The notes: generated by a model not told the origin, from the sequence alone. A stretch of 64,000 bases of DNA from Acidobacteriota bacterium (GCA_022821145.1 JAJEEE010000025.1:18050-82049), one strand, 5' to 3'. Positions 25,558 to 35,952 are shown, numbered from the stretch's first letter. Numbers and translations are program-made.

Positions 25558-27356
25558 CCGTGGGATTCGATCGCCTCGCGGGCGAGTTCCAGGAACGCGT
25601 CGATCGTCCGGGCCTTCAGGTCCTCGCCGGAACGGAGCCGAACGGCCACCGAGTCGGCGTCGGCTTCCTTGTCGCCCACGACCAGCATGAAGGGCACCTT
25701 CCGGACCTGCGCCTTGCGGATCTTGGCGTTCATGCGGTCGGCGCCGTCGTCGAGCTCGGCCCGGATTCCCGCCTCGCGAAGCCGCTCCAGCACGCCCCTG
25801 CAATAGTCGACGTGGCGGTCCGCGATCGGGATCAGGACGGCCTGGACCGGCGCCAACCACACGGGAAACGCACCGCCGTGATGCTCGATGAGGATCCCGA
25901 AGAAGCGTTCCATGCTGCCGAGCAGGGCGCGGTGGATCATGTAGGGGCGGTGCGGGGCGCCGTCCTCGCCGACGAAACTCAGGTCGAAACGCTCCGGCAG
26001 GTTGAAATCGAACTGGATCGTGCTCAACTGCCATCCCCGGCCGATGGCGTCGGTGAGCACGATGTCGATCTTCGGCCCGTAGAAGGCACCGTCCCCGGCA
26101 TTGACCTCGTAGGGCAGGCCTGACCGCTCCAGCGCCGACTCCAGCGCCGTTTCGGCCTCCTCCCACAGAGCATCCCGCCCCACGCGCTTCTCGGGGCGCG
26201 TGCTCAGGTACAGCTTGAATTCGCTGAACCCGAACGCCCGCAGGATGTCGAGGCTGAAGCCCAGCACGGTGTCGATTTCGGCCGGCATCTGGTCGGGCCG
26301 GCAGAACAGGTGGGCGTCGTCCTGGGTGAATCCCCGGACTCGCGTCAGTCCGTGGAGAACGCCGCTTCGTTCGTAACGGTAAACCGTGCCCCACTCGGCC
26401 AGGCGGATCGGAAGATCGCGGTACGAACGCACGCCGCTCTTGAATATGTGGACGTGGAACGGGCAGTTCATCGGCTTGAGATAGAACTCTTGCGCGTCGA
26501 TCTCGATCGGGGCGTACATCGCATCGGCGTAGAACCCCAGATGGCCACTCGTCTCCCACAGGGTCCGGCGTCCGATGTGCGGCGTGTAGACGAACTCGTA
26601 ACCGCCCTTCAGGTGCTCGTTCTTGCAGTACTCCTCGACCAGGTGACGGACGCGCCCGCCTTTGGGGTGCCACAGCACCAGTCCGCCGCCGACGGTATCC
26701 GGGTGGACGCTGAACAGATCCAGCTCCGTCCCCAACCGCCGGTGGTCGCGCTTCCGGGCTTCCTCGAGACGGACGAAGTAGGCCTTCAGCGCCTTCTTGT
26801 CCTCGAATGCGACGCCGTAGACCCGCTGCAGTTGCGCGCGGGTCTGATCGCCCCGCCAGTAGGCGCCCGACACCCGGGTCAACTTGAACGCGTCGGGCCG
26901 AATGGCGCCGGTATCGGCGATGTGGGGCCCGCGGCAGAGATCGACGAACTCGCCGGTCTTGTACACGCTCACCGTGTCGACGCCGCCGCCGACCAGGTTG
27001 GGGTCGTCCAGGTCGACGAGCGCGGTCGTGCCCCGGCTCTTCAGGTCGTTGAGCAACTCCACCTTGAAGTCCTGGTCCATCTCGGTGAAGAGCGCGACCG
27101 CGTCGGCGATCGGCATCTCGATCCGCTCGAACTCGAGCTTCTCCGAAGCCTTCCGCCGCATCCTGCGTTCGATCGCAGCGAGATCGTCCGGCGTCAGGGG
27201 CTGGTCGAGCAGCACGTCATAGTAGAAACCGTCCTCGATCACGGGGCCGACGCCGAACTTGGCGCCGGGATGAAACTCCTGGATGCTGGCCGCCATCAGG
27301 TGCGCCAGCGAATGGCGCAGCGTTTCCAGGTTTTCGTTTCGAGACATGACGATCAC
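25554..27356 (-). CDS. thrS: threonine--tRNA ligase
   Basis: 600 aa. Class II aaRS motifs (FRDLPIRLAEWGTVYRYE, GAFYGPKID) and a C-terminal anticodon-binding domain. Confidence 0.9.
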   Translation of the reverse strand: MIVMSRNENLETLRHSLAHLMAASIQEFHPGAKFGVGPVIEDGFYYDVLLDQPLTPDDLAAIERRMRRKASEKLEFERIEMPIADAVALFTEMDQDFKVELLNDLKSRGTTALVDLDDPNLVGGGVDTVSVYKTGEFVDLCRGPHIADTGAIRPDAFKLTRVSGAYWRGDQTRAQLQRVYGVAFEDKKALKAYFVRLEEARKRDHRRLGTELDLFSVHPDTVGGGLVLWHPKGGRVRHLVEEYCKNEHLKGGYEFVYTPHIGRRTLWETSGHLGFYADAMYAPIEIDAQEFYLKPMNCPFHVHIFKSGVRSYRDLPIRLAEWGTVYRYERSGVLHGLTRVRGFTQDDAHLFCRPDQMPAEIDTVLGFSLDILRAFGFSEFKLYLSTRPEKRVGRDALWEEAETALESALERSGLPYEVNAGDGAFYGPKIDIVLTDAIGRGWQLSTIQFDFNLPERFDLSFVGEDGAPHRPYMIHRALLGSMERFFGILIEHHGGAFPVWLAPVQAVLIPIADRHVDYCRGVLERLREAGIRAELDDGADRMNAKIRKAQVRKVPFMLVVGDKEADADSVAVRLRSGEDLKARTIDAFLELAREAIESHG

Positions 27357-27420
27357 TCGACCCTGTAAGGTGGAACTTCCAGACGCGGGAGCCCGAGGCT
27401 GGAGTCCGGACGGAGACGCC

Positions 27421-27909
27421 TCAGACCGCGGCCGCCTCGGCCATCTCCGTCGTCGTGCCGGCGCCTTCCATGGCGAGCAGCCGGGCCTTGACGTCCAGCC
27501 CGCCGCCGTATCCGGTCAGCGACCCGTCGGCGCCGACGACGCGGTGACAGGGAATGACAATGGGGATCGGGTTGTCGTGATTGGCCATTCCGACGGCGCG
27601 AGCGGCGCCGGGGTTGCGAAGGGCGCGGGCGACGTCGCCGTAACTGCGGGTTTCGCCGAACGGGATCTCGAGCAGTTGGCGCCAGACCGACCGCTGGAAG
27701 GCGGTGCCGCGCGGCGCGAGCGGGATGTCGAAGACGCGGCGCCTGCCCCTGAAATACTCGTTCAACTGGGAAATGACGGACGCGTGCGCCCCGGAGTCGA
27801 GTTCCGCGCCGTCGGGCGCCCGCGCCCCGAAAACGATCGACCGGAGCCCGTCGGAGCCCGAAACGAGCGTCAGGGGCCCGATCGGGGAATCCATGAACGC
27901 GTATTTCAT
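27421..27909 (-). CDS. ogt: methylated-DNA--protein-cysteine methyltransferase
   Basis: Active-site IPCHRVV. Start MKYAFMDSPIGPL. Confidence 0.8.
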   Translation of the reverse strand: MKYAFMDSPIGPLTLVSGSDGLRSIVFGARAPDGAELDSGAHASVISQLNEYFRGRRRVFDIPLAPRGTAFQRSVWRQLLEIPFGETRSYGDVARALRNPGAARAVGMANHDNPIPIVIPCHRVVGADGSLTGYGGGLDVKARLLAMEGAGTTTEMAEAAAV

Positions 27910-28045
27910 CCCGCACATGTTAACAGCCCATGATGCACAAGTGGGGCGGAAACGGTATGATTGAACCCGCTTCCGGCCCTTCCCGGGCGCATTCGCGCAA
28001 TGCCGCGCGATTGCAAGAAAGGCGGGTGTTTGTTATGTTGGGCGA

Positions 28046-28594
28046 TTGTCACGCGTGAAGAGATTCTCCCCACGTCAGCGGACGGACCGCGTTCGCGTCA
28101 ACCACCGCATCCGGGCGCGGGAAGTTCGCGTTATCGGCGAAGAGGGAGCGCAACTCGGCGTGATGTCCCCGGACGACGCGATCCGGGTCGCCGAAGAACA
28201 GGGCCTGGATCTGGTCGAGGTCGCGCCGAACGGCAATCCTCCGGTTTGCCGGATCATGGATTACGGCAAGTACCTCTACCAGATGAAGCGGAAGGCGCAC
28301 GAGGCGCGGAAGCATCAGAAGAGCGTCACGGTCAAGGAAGTCAAGTTCCGGCCGAACACGGATGAGCACGATTACGAGTTCAAGAAGAACCACATCATCC
28401 GGTTCTTGCGGCAGGGAGACAAGGTCAAGGCGAACGTCTGGTTCCGTGGTCGCGAGATCGTTCACAAGGATATCGGCCGCAACCTGATCGAGCGGTTGAT
28501 GGAAGAACTCGAGGACATCGGTTTCGTCGAAAACCTGCCGAAGATGGAAGGCAACAACCTGGTCGCGATATTCGCGCCGAAGAAAGAGAAATAG
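28046..28594 (+). CDS. infC: translation initiation factor IF-3
   Basis: IF-3 N- and C-domains ([23 protein letters not shown]). Non-ATG start (TTG at 28046 or GTG at 28055), as is typical for autoregulated infC. Confidence 0.9.
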   Translation: MSRVKRFSPRQRTDRVRVNHRIRAREVRVIGEEGAQLGVMSPDDAIRVAEEQGLDLVEVAPNGNPPVCRIMDYGKYLYQMKRKAHEARKHQKSVTVKEVKFRPNTDEHDYEFKKNHIIRFLRQGDKVKANVWFRGREIVHKDIGRNLIERLMEELEDIGFVENLPKMEGNNLVAIFAPKKEK

Positions 28595-28598
28595 GCAC

Positions 28599-28799
28599 AT
28601 GGCGTACAAGCTCAAGACGCACCGCGGCGCCCGAAAGCGGTTCAAGGTGACCGGCACCGGCCGCATCAAGAGGCGCCATGCGTTCAAGCGCCACATCCTG
28701 ACCAAGAAGTCGGCCGGGAAGAAGCGCATGCTGGGCCGTTCCGCCATGATGGAAGACGCCGACGCCGCCAAGGTCAAGCGGATGCTCCCGTACGGGTAA
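28599..28799 (+). CDS. rpmI: 50S ribosomal protein L35
   Basis: 66 aa. [21 protein letters not shown]. Confidence 0.9.
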   Translation: MAYKLKTHRGARKRFKVTGTGRIKRRHAFKRHILTKKSAGKKRMLGRSAMMEDADAAKVKRMLPYG

Positions 28800-28844
28800 C
28801 GGACGCGCGCCCTCGTCGGGACATACAGTCAGGGGATCCAGACA

Positions 28845-29210
28845 GTGCCAAGAGTCAAACGTGGAACCGTCCGGCACGACCGGCGGCGCAAGGTCCTGAA
28901 ACGCGCCGAAGGCTATTACCTCGGCAAGAGCAAACTCTACCGGTACGCCAAGGAGGCCGTCGACCGGGCCGGCCAATTCGCCTATCGCGACCGCAGAACG
29001 CGGAAACGCGATTTCCGCCGCCTCTGGATCATCCGGATCGGCGCCGCCGCGCGCCAGCACGGCCTCAACTACAACCAGTTCATTCACGGGCTGAAAACGG
29101 CCGGAGCCGATCTCGACCGCAAGGTGCTTGCGGGCATCGCCCTCGACGATCCGGCCGGATTCGCCCGGCTGGCGGAACAAGCCAAGGCAGCCATCGGCCA
29201 GACCGCGTAG
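28845..29210 (+). CDS. rplT: 50S ribosomal protein L20
   Basis: 121 aa. [25 protein letters not shown]. Confidence 0.9.
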   Translation: MPRVKRGTVRHDRRRKVLKRAEGYYLGKSKLYRYAKEAVDRAGQFAYRDRRTRKRDFRRLWIIRIGAAARQHGLNYNQFIHGLKTAGADLDRKVLAGIALDDPAGFARLAEQAKAAIGQTA

Positions 29211-29215
29211 TCTCC

Positions 29216-30244
29216 ATGGCCGGCATCGACGACCTCCGGCAAATCGGCGAGCGATTCGACAGGGAAAAAGGCCGACCGTCCGATCGGTCCGAACTCGAAG
29301 AACTCCACGCGCGATACCTCTCCCGGAAGTCGGGATTGCTCACGCTCCAGTTGCAGCGCCTGCGGGAGTTGCGGGCCGAGGAGCGCCCCGCGTTCGGCCA
29401 GCTGGCCAACCAGCTCAAGCGACGGATCGAATCGGAGCTCGCCGAACGGGAGGCCGCTCTCGCCGGCGAGGAACGCTCCGGCAGCGCGGAGACCGAGGCG
29501 CTCGACGTCTCGCTGCCGGGGCCCCGGCCGCGTATCGGCCATCGGCATCCGGTCACCCTGACCCGGCGCGCCATCGAGGACATCTTCGTGGCCATGGGCT
29601 ACACGGTCGAGGACGGGCCGGAAGTGGAAACCACCTATCACAACTTCGAGGCGTTGAACATCGGGCCCGAACACCCGTCGCGCGACGCGTCCGACACGTT
29701 CTACATTTCCGACGATGTCGTTCTGCGAACCCAGACGTCCCCGGTCCAGATTCGAACGATGGAGCGGCAACCGCCGCCCATTCGAATCATCTGTCCGGGG
29801 CGCGTCTTTCGCCGCGACGAGCTCGACGCCACGCATTCGCCGATGTTCCACCAGATCGAGGGTCTGGTCGTCGACGACGGCATTACTTTCGGAGACCTCA
29901 AGGGGACGCTCGAGCTGCTGCACCGGCAGTTCTTCGGCGAACGGACGCGAACGCGCCTCCGGCCCAGCTACTTCCCGTTCACCGAACCCAGCGCCGAGGT
30001 CGACGTGTCATGCGGGTTCTGCGAGAGCCGCGGCTGCCGCGTCTGCAAGCATACGGGCTGGATCGAGGTCATGGGAGCAGGCATGGTCCACCCGGCCGTG
30101 TACGAATACGTGGGTTACGACGCCGCGCGGTATTCCGGCTTCGCGTTCGGTCTGGGGGTCGACCGTTACGCGATGCTCAAATACGGTATCGACGACATTC
30201 CGCTCCTGTTTCAGAACGACATTCGTTTCCTGAGCCAGTTCTAG
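29216..30244 (+). CDS. pheS: phenylalanine--tRNA ligase alpha subunit
   Basis: 342 aa. Class II motifs (FRRDELDATHSPMFHQIEG, GAGMVHP). Confidence 0.9.
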   Translation: MAGIDDLRQIGERFDREKGRPSDRSELEELHARYLSRKSGLLTLQLQRLRELRAEERPAFGQLANQLKRRIESELAEREAALAGEERSGSAETEALDVSLPGPRPRIGHRHPVTLTRRAIEDIFVAMGYTVEDGPEVETTYHNFEALNIGPEHPSRDASDTFYISDDVVLRTQTSPVQIRTMERQPPPIRIICPGRVFRRDELDATHSPMFHQIEGLVVDDGITFGDLKGTLELLHRQFFGERTRTRLRPSYFPFTEPSAEVDVSCGFCESRGCRVCKHTGWIEVMGAGMVHPAVYEYVGYDAARYSGFAFGLGVDRYAMLKYGIDDIPLLFQNDIRFLSQF

Positions 30245-30260
30245 GAACCCCGCGCCGCCC

Positions 30261-32273
30261 ATGAAGATCAGCATCCAATGGCTTCAGGACTTTCTGGATC
30301 TCCCGGAAGCGCCCCGCGAGGTGGGCGAGCGGCTCACTCTGGCGGGTCTCGCCGTCGACGGCGTCGCTCGCGCCGGAAGCGATACGATCCTGGAGCTGGA
30401 CGTCACGGCCAACCGCGGTGACTGTCTGTCGCACATCGGCGTCGCGCGGGAGTTGTCGGCGATCTACGACATCGATATCCGCGCCCCGGAGGCGGCCGTG
30501 GCCGAGGAATCGGCCGCGATCGACGATGTCTTCGCCATCGCGATCGATGACGCCGGGCTGTGCCGGCGCTACTGCGGACGCTACATCTCCGGCGTTCGCG
30601 TCGGTCCATCGCCGGAGTGGCTCGTCCGACGGCTGGAAGCCGTCGGGATCCGCTCGATCAACAACGTCGCCGACGCGACCAACTACGCCCTGATGGAGCT
30701 GGGACATCCGCTGCACGCCTTCGACGCCGATACGCTCGAGGGTTCCCGGGTCATCGTTCGCCGCGCCGCGCCGGGAGAAACACTGCGCACGATCGACGGC
30801 GACGAGCGCCGGCTCGACGAAACCACGCTCGTGATCGCCGACGCGCGCCGCCCCGTGGCGCTGGCCGGGATCATGGGCGGCGTGGACACCGAGATCTCGG
30901 ACGGGACGACGAACGTGCTGCTGGAGAGCGCCTGGTTCGATCCGGTATCGGTTCGGAAGACCGGCAAGCGCATCCGCCTGGGGACCGAGGCCTCGTATCG
31001 TTTCGAGCGGGGCGCCGATGTCGCCATGGCCCCCACGGCGCTGGAGCGCGCCGCCGGCCTGATCATCGAGTTGGCCGGCGGCGTCGCGCGCCGCGGCGTG
31101 ATCGACGTCTATCCGGCCCCGATCGAGCCGGACCGGATCCTCCTTCGGCGGCGGCGCATCGCCGAGCATCTCGGCGCCGCCGTGCCCGGCGCCGAAGTGG
31201 ACCGCGTGTTTCGGAGACTGGGCTTCGAACCCCGGACGTCCGCCGACGGCTGGACGGTCCGCGTGCCCAGCCACCGGCACGACGTCGCCCGCGAGGAAGA
31301 CCTGATCGAGGAAATCGCGCGGCACCACGGGTACGACCGATTCCCCGCGACGCTGCCGGGATGGTCCGGCCAGGGCCGGCGACTGCCCAGCCACGCCGGG
31401 GAGGCGCACTTGCGGGACACGTTGGCGGGTCTGGGTTATTCGGAAACCTGCAGCATCGCTTTCGGAAACCGGGACACGCAAGCCGCGTTCGCGCCGGACA
31501 TGGATCCTGTCGAGATCCGCAATCCGCTGTCCGAGGACGCCCCCATACTTCGGACATCGCTCGTTCCCAGCGTCATCGGTTCGATCCAGTGGAATCTGAA
31601 CCGCGGCCTGCGCGATCTGGCCCTGTACGAGATTTCGAAGATCTACCCGACGTCGGGCGAAGTGCGCCGCCTGGTGATGGCGGCGACCGGAGCCGCCGAC
31701 GCGCCGACGGTTCACGGGAGCCCGATCGAAACCGACGTCTACCGGCTGAAGGGAGAGGTCGAAGGCCTGCTGTCCCGATTCGACGTGGATCTCGCCGAGT
31801 CCACGGACGCGTTGCCCCCCTACCTGCATCCCGGCCGTTCGGTGCGGCTGGGCGCCGTCGCTTCGGTGGGTGAACTCCACGCGGAGTGGCAGTCCCGATT
31901 CAAGCTTCGACAGAAGACCTGCGTCGCCGAGATCGACGTCGAGCAAGTGCTCCAGCGCGGATTGCGGGCCATTGCGACAGCGCCGATTCCGAAGTATCCT
32001 GCCGTGCGACGCGATTTGTCGTTGCTGGTCGCTCGCGAAACGCCGTACCGGAAAGTCGTCGAGGCCGTCCATCGCGCCGGCGTCGACGAGTTGACCGATG
32101 TGTTCCCGTTCGACAGGCTCGACCGAGGGCCGTTTTCCGCGTCATTCTACAGCCTCGCCGTGACGTTGGTCTTCCAGTCCGGCGAGCGGACGTTGACCGA
32201 CAGCGAGGTGCAAGGATTCGCGGAGCGTGTCCTGGCCGAGTTGCGAAAGATCGGAATCCAATTACGGAGTTGA
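30261..32273 (+). CDS. pheT: phenylalanine--tRNA ligase beta subunit (short form lacking the N-proximal tRNA-binding OB domain)
   Basis: 670 aa. [12 protein letters not shown]... runs directly into the [21 protein letters not shown] (B3/B4) region. C-terminal FDRF...anticodon-binding domain present. Confidence 0.9.
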   Translation: MKISIQWLQDFLDLPEAPREVGERLTLAGLAVDGVARAGSDTILELDVTANRGDCLSHIGVARELSAIYDIDIRAPEAAVAEESAAIDDVFAIAIDDAGLCRRYCGRYISGVRVGPSPEWLVRRLEAVGIRSINNVADATNYALMELGHPLHAFDADTLEGSRVIVRRAAPGETLRTIDGDERRLDETTLVIADARRPVALAGIMGGVDTEISDGTTNVLLESAWFDPVSVRKTGKRIRLGTEASYRFERGADVAMAPTALERAAGLIIELAGGVARRGVIDVYPAPIEPDRILLRRRRIAEHLGAAVPGAEVDRVFRRLGFEPRTSADGWTVRVPSHRHDVAREEDLIEEIARHHGYDRFPATLPGWSGQGRRLPSHAGEAHLRDTLAGLGYSETCSIAFGNRDTQAAFAPDMDPVEIRNPLSEDAPILRTSLVPSVIGSIQWNLNRGLRDLALYEISKIYPTSGEVRRLVMAATGAADAPTVHGSPIETDVYRLKGEVEGLLSRFDVDLAESTDALPPYLHPGRSVRLGAVASVGELHAEWQSRFKLRQKTCVAEIDVEQVLQRGLRAIATAPIPKYPAVRRDLSLLVARETPYRKVVEAVHRAGVDELTDVFPFDRLDRGPFSASFYSLAVTLVFQSGERTLTDSEVQGFAERVLAELRKIGIQLRS

Positions 32274-32296
32274 CGCCGTAGAAAAGGAGTCACCGG

Positions 32297-32560
32297 GTGC
32301 AAGCCACGAGTTCCACTGATACTGACGCGTTGGCCCGATTCAACGAGTTGGAGGGCCGGATCGAAAGCGTTCTGGGGGTCCTGGCCGCGGCGCGGGACCA
32401 GAAGGACGCGGCCGAAAAGGCGTTGGCGGACGCGCGGGACAGGATCGTCGCGCTTCAGGGCGAGTTGGACGAGATGCGGGCGGAACGACGTGAAATCGTC
32501 GGTCGAGTCGAACGCCTGGTCGGAACCATCGCGGCGCTGGATCCGAAAGAAGTCGAATAA
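32297..32560 (+). CDS. coiled-coil protein, ZapB-like
   Basis: 87 aa, heptad-rich, and located immediately upstream of zapA. Confidence 0.4.
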   Translation: MQATSSTDTDALARFNELEGRIESVLGVLAAARDQKDAAEKALADARDRIVALQGELDEMRAERREIVGRVERLVGTIAALDPKEVE

Positions 32561-32562
32561 GG

Positions 32563-32859
32563 TTGCCTGAGAATCCGCGCGACATCGTCGAAATCGATAT
32601 CTTCGATCAGCGCTATCCGCTGCGGCTCAGCAAGCCCGTCGATCAGGAGGAAATCCTGCGGCTCGCCGAGGATGTCGATCTGAGAATGCGGGAGATCGCC
32701 CGCCAGACGCGGACGGTCGACTCCTTGAAGATCGCCATACTGACGGCCTTGCACCTTGCCCAGGAAAAGAAAGAGGAAACGGCCGCCGGCAAACGGCTGG
32801 AAGCGGCGGTCCGCTCCGGGTCCGCGAAGTGGATCGGCAGGATAGACGACGCGCTCTGA
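32563..32859 (+). CDS. zapA: cell division protein ZapA
   Basis: 98 aa. ZapA-like N-terminal beta region then coiled coil (VEIDIFDQRYPLRLSKPVDQEEILRLAEDVDLRMREI). Confidence 0.6.
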   Translation: MPENPRDIVEIDIFDQRYPLRLSKPVDQEEILRLAEDVDLRMREIARQTRTVDSLKIAILTALHLAQEKKEETAAGKRLEAAVRSGSAKWIGRIDDAL

Positions 32860-33149
32860 GCCGCTCTCGGCCCCACACGCATCGCCCGGGGTGTTTCACG
32901 CCGGAGCGGGTTGAAGAGATTTCTTCTTGGACTGACGCCTCGCTCCGCCGCCTCCACGGCGACGCCATGGAGGCGTCCACCCGCGGCGAGGAATGCCGCG
33001 GGCGCCATAGGGAACGCAGCCGATGTCGGGCCGTTCCGGCACGGCGTGAAGTCATCCTGCCAAGCCTCCCCGAGCGCGGTTGATTCGGCGCTGCGGTTTC
33101 CCTACAATCGACTCCGCCCTGCGAAGTCGATGTCGGCGTGTACATTATT

Positions 33150-33300
33150 TGACCTATGTCTTATTTGAAGGGGTCCGGATTCTCGCGGTGGTGAGCGAGC
33201 CGTCCCCCATGGGGTTGACGGTTCCCTGAAGCCCGGATAGGACACCCGCCCTGGTTCGACGGGTTCAAATAAGGTCGCCGCGCGGCTCCGCGGGGTTTTC
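33150..33300 (+). ncRNA. candidate structured small RNA (possible 6S/SsrS by zapA synteny) ending in an intrinsic terminator
   Basis: AT-rich island in a GC-rich 460-nt non-coding gap. Long-range complement CTTATTTGAA (33160-33169) / TTCAAATAAG (33265-33274), plus a flanking GACC/GGTC pair, encloses about 95 nt. A GC hairpin plus TTTT at 33277-33300 follows. A TTGACC -35-like hexamer sits at 33149-33154. Confidence 0.25.
33277..33300 (+). terminator. rho-independent terminator-like hairpin
   Basis: GCCGCG-CGGCTC-CGCGGG stem-loop followed by GTTTTCTC. Confidence 0.4.
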
Positions 33301-33323
33301 TCTCGGCATTCGCCCCTCACGCC

Positions 33324-34100
33324 ATGAACATTCTCTTCATCGGGGACACGGTGGCGCGCGCTGGGCGGGAATGCGTCCGCCGGCACCTGGGCGCTCTCCA
33401 GGACGAGTACGCGATCGATTTCACCGTCGTGAACTGCGAGAACGCCGCCGCCGGATTCGGGATCACACCCAAGATCGCCGACGAGATGCTGGGTTGGGGC
33501 ATCGACGTGCTGACTTCCGGCAACCACGTGTGGGACAGGAAGGAAATCTTCGGCTACCTGGATACGGAAGAAAGAATACTGAGACCGGCAAACTATCCCC
33601 CCGGGAACCCCGGTCGCGGGAGCGTCGTGCTTCAGGCCCGCACGGGCGAACCCGTCGCCGTGATCAACGTCCAGGGGCGGACCTTCATGCCCGACACGGA
33701 CGATCCCTTCCGCAGCGTGGACGCGGCGATCGCGAGTCTTCCCGGCGACGTCCGGGTGATCGTAGTCGACCATCACGCCGAGGCCACCTCCGAAAAGGTG
33801 GCCATGGGCTGGCACCTGGACGGCCGCGCCTCGGCCGTCCTGGGCACCCACACGCACATCCCCACCGCCGACGAACGCATTCTGCCTCGCGGCCTGGCGT
33901 ATCAGACCGACGTGGGCATGACCGGCCCGTTCGATTCCGTGATCGGAATGACCCGCGAATCCACGATGGCCCGCCTGACCCTGCAAGTTCCCGTGCGGCT
34001 CGAGGCCGCGTCGGGAGGCGTGGAGCTGAACGGCGCCGTGATCGACGTCGACGCCGCGAGCGGACGCGCGCGTTCGATCCGACGCGTGCACCGGTCTTGA
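33324..34100 (+). CDS. ymdB: YmdB-like metallophosphoesterase (2',3'-cyclic-nucleotide phosphodiesterase, TIGR00282)
   Basis: MNILFIGDTVARAGR..., GNHVWD and VVDHHAEATSEK. Confidence 0.8.
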   Translation: MNILFIGDTVARAGRECVRRHLGALQDEYAIDFTVVNCENAAAGFGITPKIADEMLGWGIDVLTSGNHVWDRKEIFGYLDTEERILRPANYPPGNPGRGSVVLQARTGEPVAVINVQGRTFMPDTDDPFRSVDAAIASLPGDVRVIVVDHHAEATSEKVAMGWHLDGRASAVLGTHTHIPTADERILPRGLAYQTDVGMTGPFDSVIGMTRESTMARLTLQVPVRLEAASGGVELNGAVIDVDAASGRARSIRRVHRS

Positions 34101-34119
34101 AACGAGCGCCGGCGTAATC

Positions 34120-35481
34120 ATGTTCGAGAACCTGTCCGACAAGCTGCAGCGCGTACTCAAGAACTTGCGCGGCGAAGGCCGGCTCACCGCCACCCACGTC
34201 GACGAGACGCTTCGCGAGATCCGGATGGCTCTCCTCGAGGCCGACGTCAACTTCAAGGTCGTCCGGCAGTTCACCGAAAGCGTCCGATCCAAGGCGCTCG
34301 GACAGGAAGTGCTCGACAGCCTCGCTCCCGGCCAACAGGTGGTCAAGGTCGTCCGAGACGCGCTGGTGGAAATGTTGGGTTCTCGGACCGCCCGGCTCGA
34401 ATTCGCCCCCAATCCGCCCACGGTCGTCATGTTGGTCGGCCTCCAGGGTTCGGGAAAGACGACTTCGAGCGGCAAGCTGGCCGCCTGGCTCAAGAACGGG
34501 GGGCGGCGGCCGCTGCTGGTGTCCGTCGACGTTCACCGCCCGGCGGCCCGCGAGCAGCTCGGGCTCATAGCGAGGGACGTGGGCGCGCGCGTCTGGGAGG
34601 GGACCGGGACTCAGACGCCGGTGGATCTCGGCCTGGGCGCACTCAGGGAAGCGCGCAACTCGGCCCACGACGTGGTGATCGTCGACACGGCCGGCCGGCT
34701 GCACGTCGACGAGGCCTTGATGGTCGAGCTGGATGGAATCCGGGACGCGCTCGAACCGCGGGAAATCCTCTTCGTCGCAGACGCCATGCTGGGACAGGAC
34801 GCCGTCCGGAGCGCCGAACGGTTCCACGAGCGGCTCGGATTGACCGGATTCATCCTGACCAAGATGGACGGCGACGCCCGGGGCGGCGCGGCTCTCTCGA
34901 TCCAGTCCGTTACGGGCCGACCGATCAAGTTCCTCGGCGTGGGGGAGAAATACGACGCGCTCGAGCCGTTCCACCCGGACCGCGTCGTCTCGCGTATCCT
35001 CGGCATGGGGGACATCCTCTCCCTGATCGAGAAAGCCGAGGCGATCGTCGACCGGAAGCAGGCCGTCGAGCTCCAGAAGAAAGCCGCTTCCAACGCCTTC
35101 ACGCTCGAGGATTTCAGGAATCAGTTGCGGCAGGTCCGCCGGATGGGATCGCTCGAGAGCATTCTCGGGATGCTTCCCAGCATCGGTCCTTTCAAGAACC
35201 TGAACAAGGTGGACGTGGACGAGAAGGAGTTGACGCGAACCGAAGCGATCATCGACTCGATGACCCCCGCGGAACGCCGGAACCACCGGATCCTGAACGG
35301 CTCGCGCCGGAAACGCATCGCGCGCGGCAGCGGGACGTCGGTGCAACAGGTCAACCAGTTGCTCAAGCAGTACGTCCAGGCCCGCAAGATGATGCAGGGA
35401 TTGGCCGCGGGACGGGCCAAGAACACCGGGAAACGCAAGAAGGGACGCCGGGGACGCGGAATCGGCCGCGTCCCGGTCTAG
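34120..35481 (+). CDS. ffh: signal recognition particle protein Ffh
   Basis: 453 aa. SRP54 N, G (GLQGSGKTTSSGKLA, DTAGR) and M domains. Confidence 0.9.
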   Translation: MFENLSDKLQRVLKNLRGEGRLTATHVDETLREIRMALLEADVNFKVVRQFTESVRSKALGQEVLDSLAPGQQVVKVVRDALVEMLGSRTARLEFAPNPPTVVMLVGLQGSGKTTSSGKLAAWLKNGGRRPLLVSVDVHRPAAREQLGLIARDVGARVWEGTGTQTPVDLGLGALREARNSAHDVVIVDTAGRLHVDEALMVELDGIRDALEPREILFVADAMLGQDAVRSAERFHERLGLTGFILTKMDGDARGGAALSIQSVTGRPIKFLGVGEKYDALEPFHPDRVVSRILGMGDILSLIEKAEAIVDRKQAVELQKKAASNAFTLEDFRNQLRQVRRMGSLESILGMLPSIGPFKNLNKVDVDEKELTRTEAIIDSMTPAERRNHRILNGSRRKRIARGSGTSVQQVNQLLKQYVQARKMMQGLAAGRAKNTGKRKKGRRGRGIGRVPV

Positions 35482-35535
35482 GATAGTTCCCGCACGACGT
35501 CGTTACGAAGCCTCGACCGGACCGCTGGCCGCCGA

Positions 35536-35555
35536 GAGACGGGTTGGTCCGTCTC
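35536..35555. terminator. hairpin between convergent ffh and the ferredoxin gene
   Basis: GAGACGG-GTTGGT-CCGTCTC perfect 7-bp stem. No U-tract. Confidence 0.25.
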
Positions 35556-35952
35556 AGGCGTCCGCGGCTTCTCCGGCGTACGCGGCGACCGCTTCCTCGT
35601 ACTTGTCGTGGAGTTCGATGCCGAAGTACTCGGCCACGTCGGCGGCCGGATACATGGCGATCGCGTCCCATGCCATCCGCTCGCACACGTTGACGCAGAT
35701 CTTGCAGCCGATGCATTCGTCGAAGCGCACCTGGACCGGATCGATGATCACCCCGACGTTGTCGGAAGCATCGCGCGGCACGTGTTCGATGCAGTCGACG
35801 GGACAGAAGGGGATGCACGCTTCGCAGCCCGTGCAGTTGTCGGGGTTCACGACGGCGATGATCTTCGGCGTTTTCTTCTTTCGCGTGATCTTGTTCGGGG
35901 CTTCGGGAATGATCGCCGAGGGGTTGGCTTTCTTCGGATTAGCTACCGGCAT
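35554..35952 (-). CDS. 2x[4Fe-4S] ferredoxin
   Basis: CTGCEACIPFCP and CIGCKICVNVCE motifs. 132 aa. Confidence 0.75.
   Translation of the reverse strand: MPVANPKKANPSAIIPEAPNKITRKKKTPKIIAVVNPDNCTGCEACIPFCPVDCIEHVPRDASDNVGVIIDPVQVRFDECIGCKICVNVCERMAWDAIAMYPAADVAEYFGIELHDKYEEAVAAYAGEAADA

Noticed and set aside
32829-33168. 84- and 85-aa ORFs in the zapA-ymdB gap
   Set aside because: They overlap each other, have no RBS, and have Arg/Pro-rich composition. The interval is more consistently explained as non-coding or a structured RNA.
32860-35553. SRP (4.5S) RNA or RNase P RNA near ffh
   Set aside because: I searched the non-coding gaps for the SRP domain-IV motif (GGAAGCAGC / AGGUCCGGAAGG) and RNase P P4 consensus. 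Neither is present.
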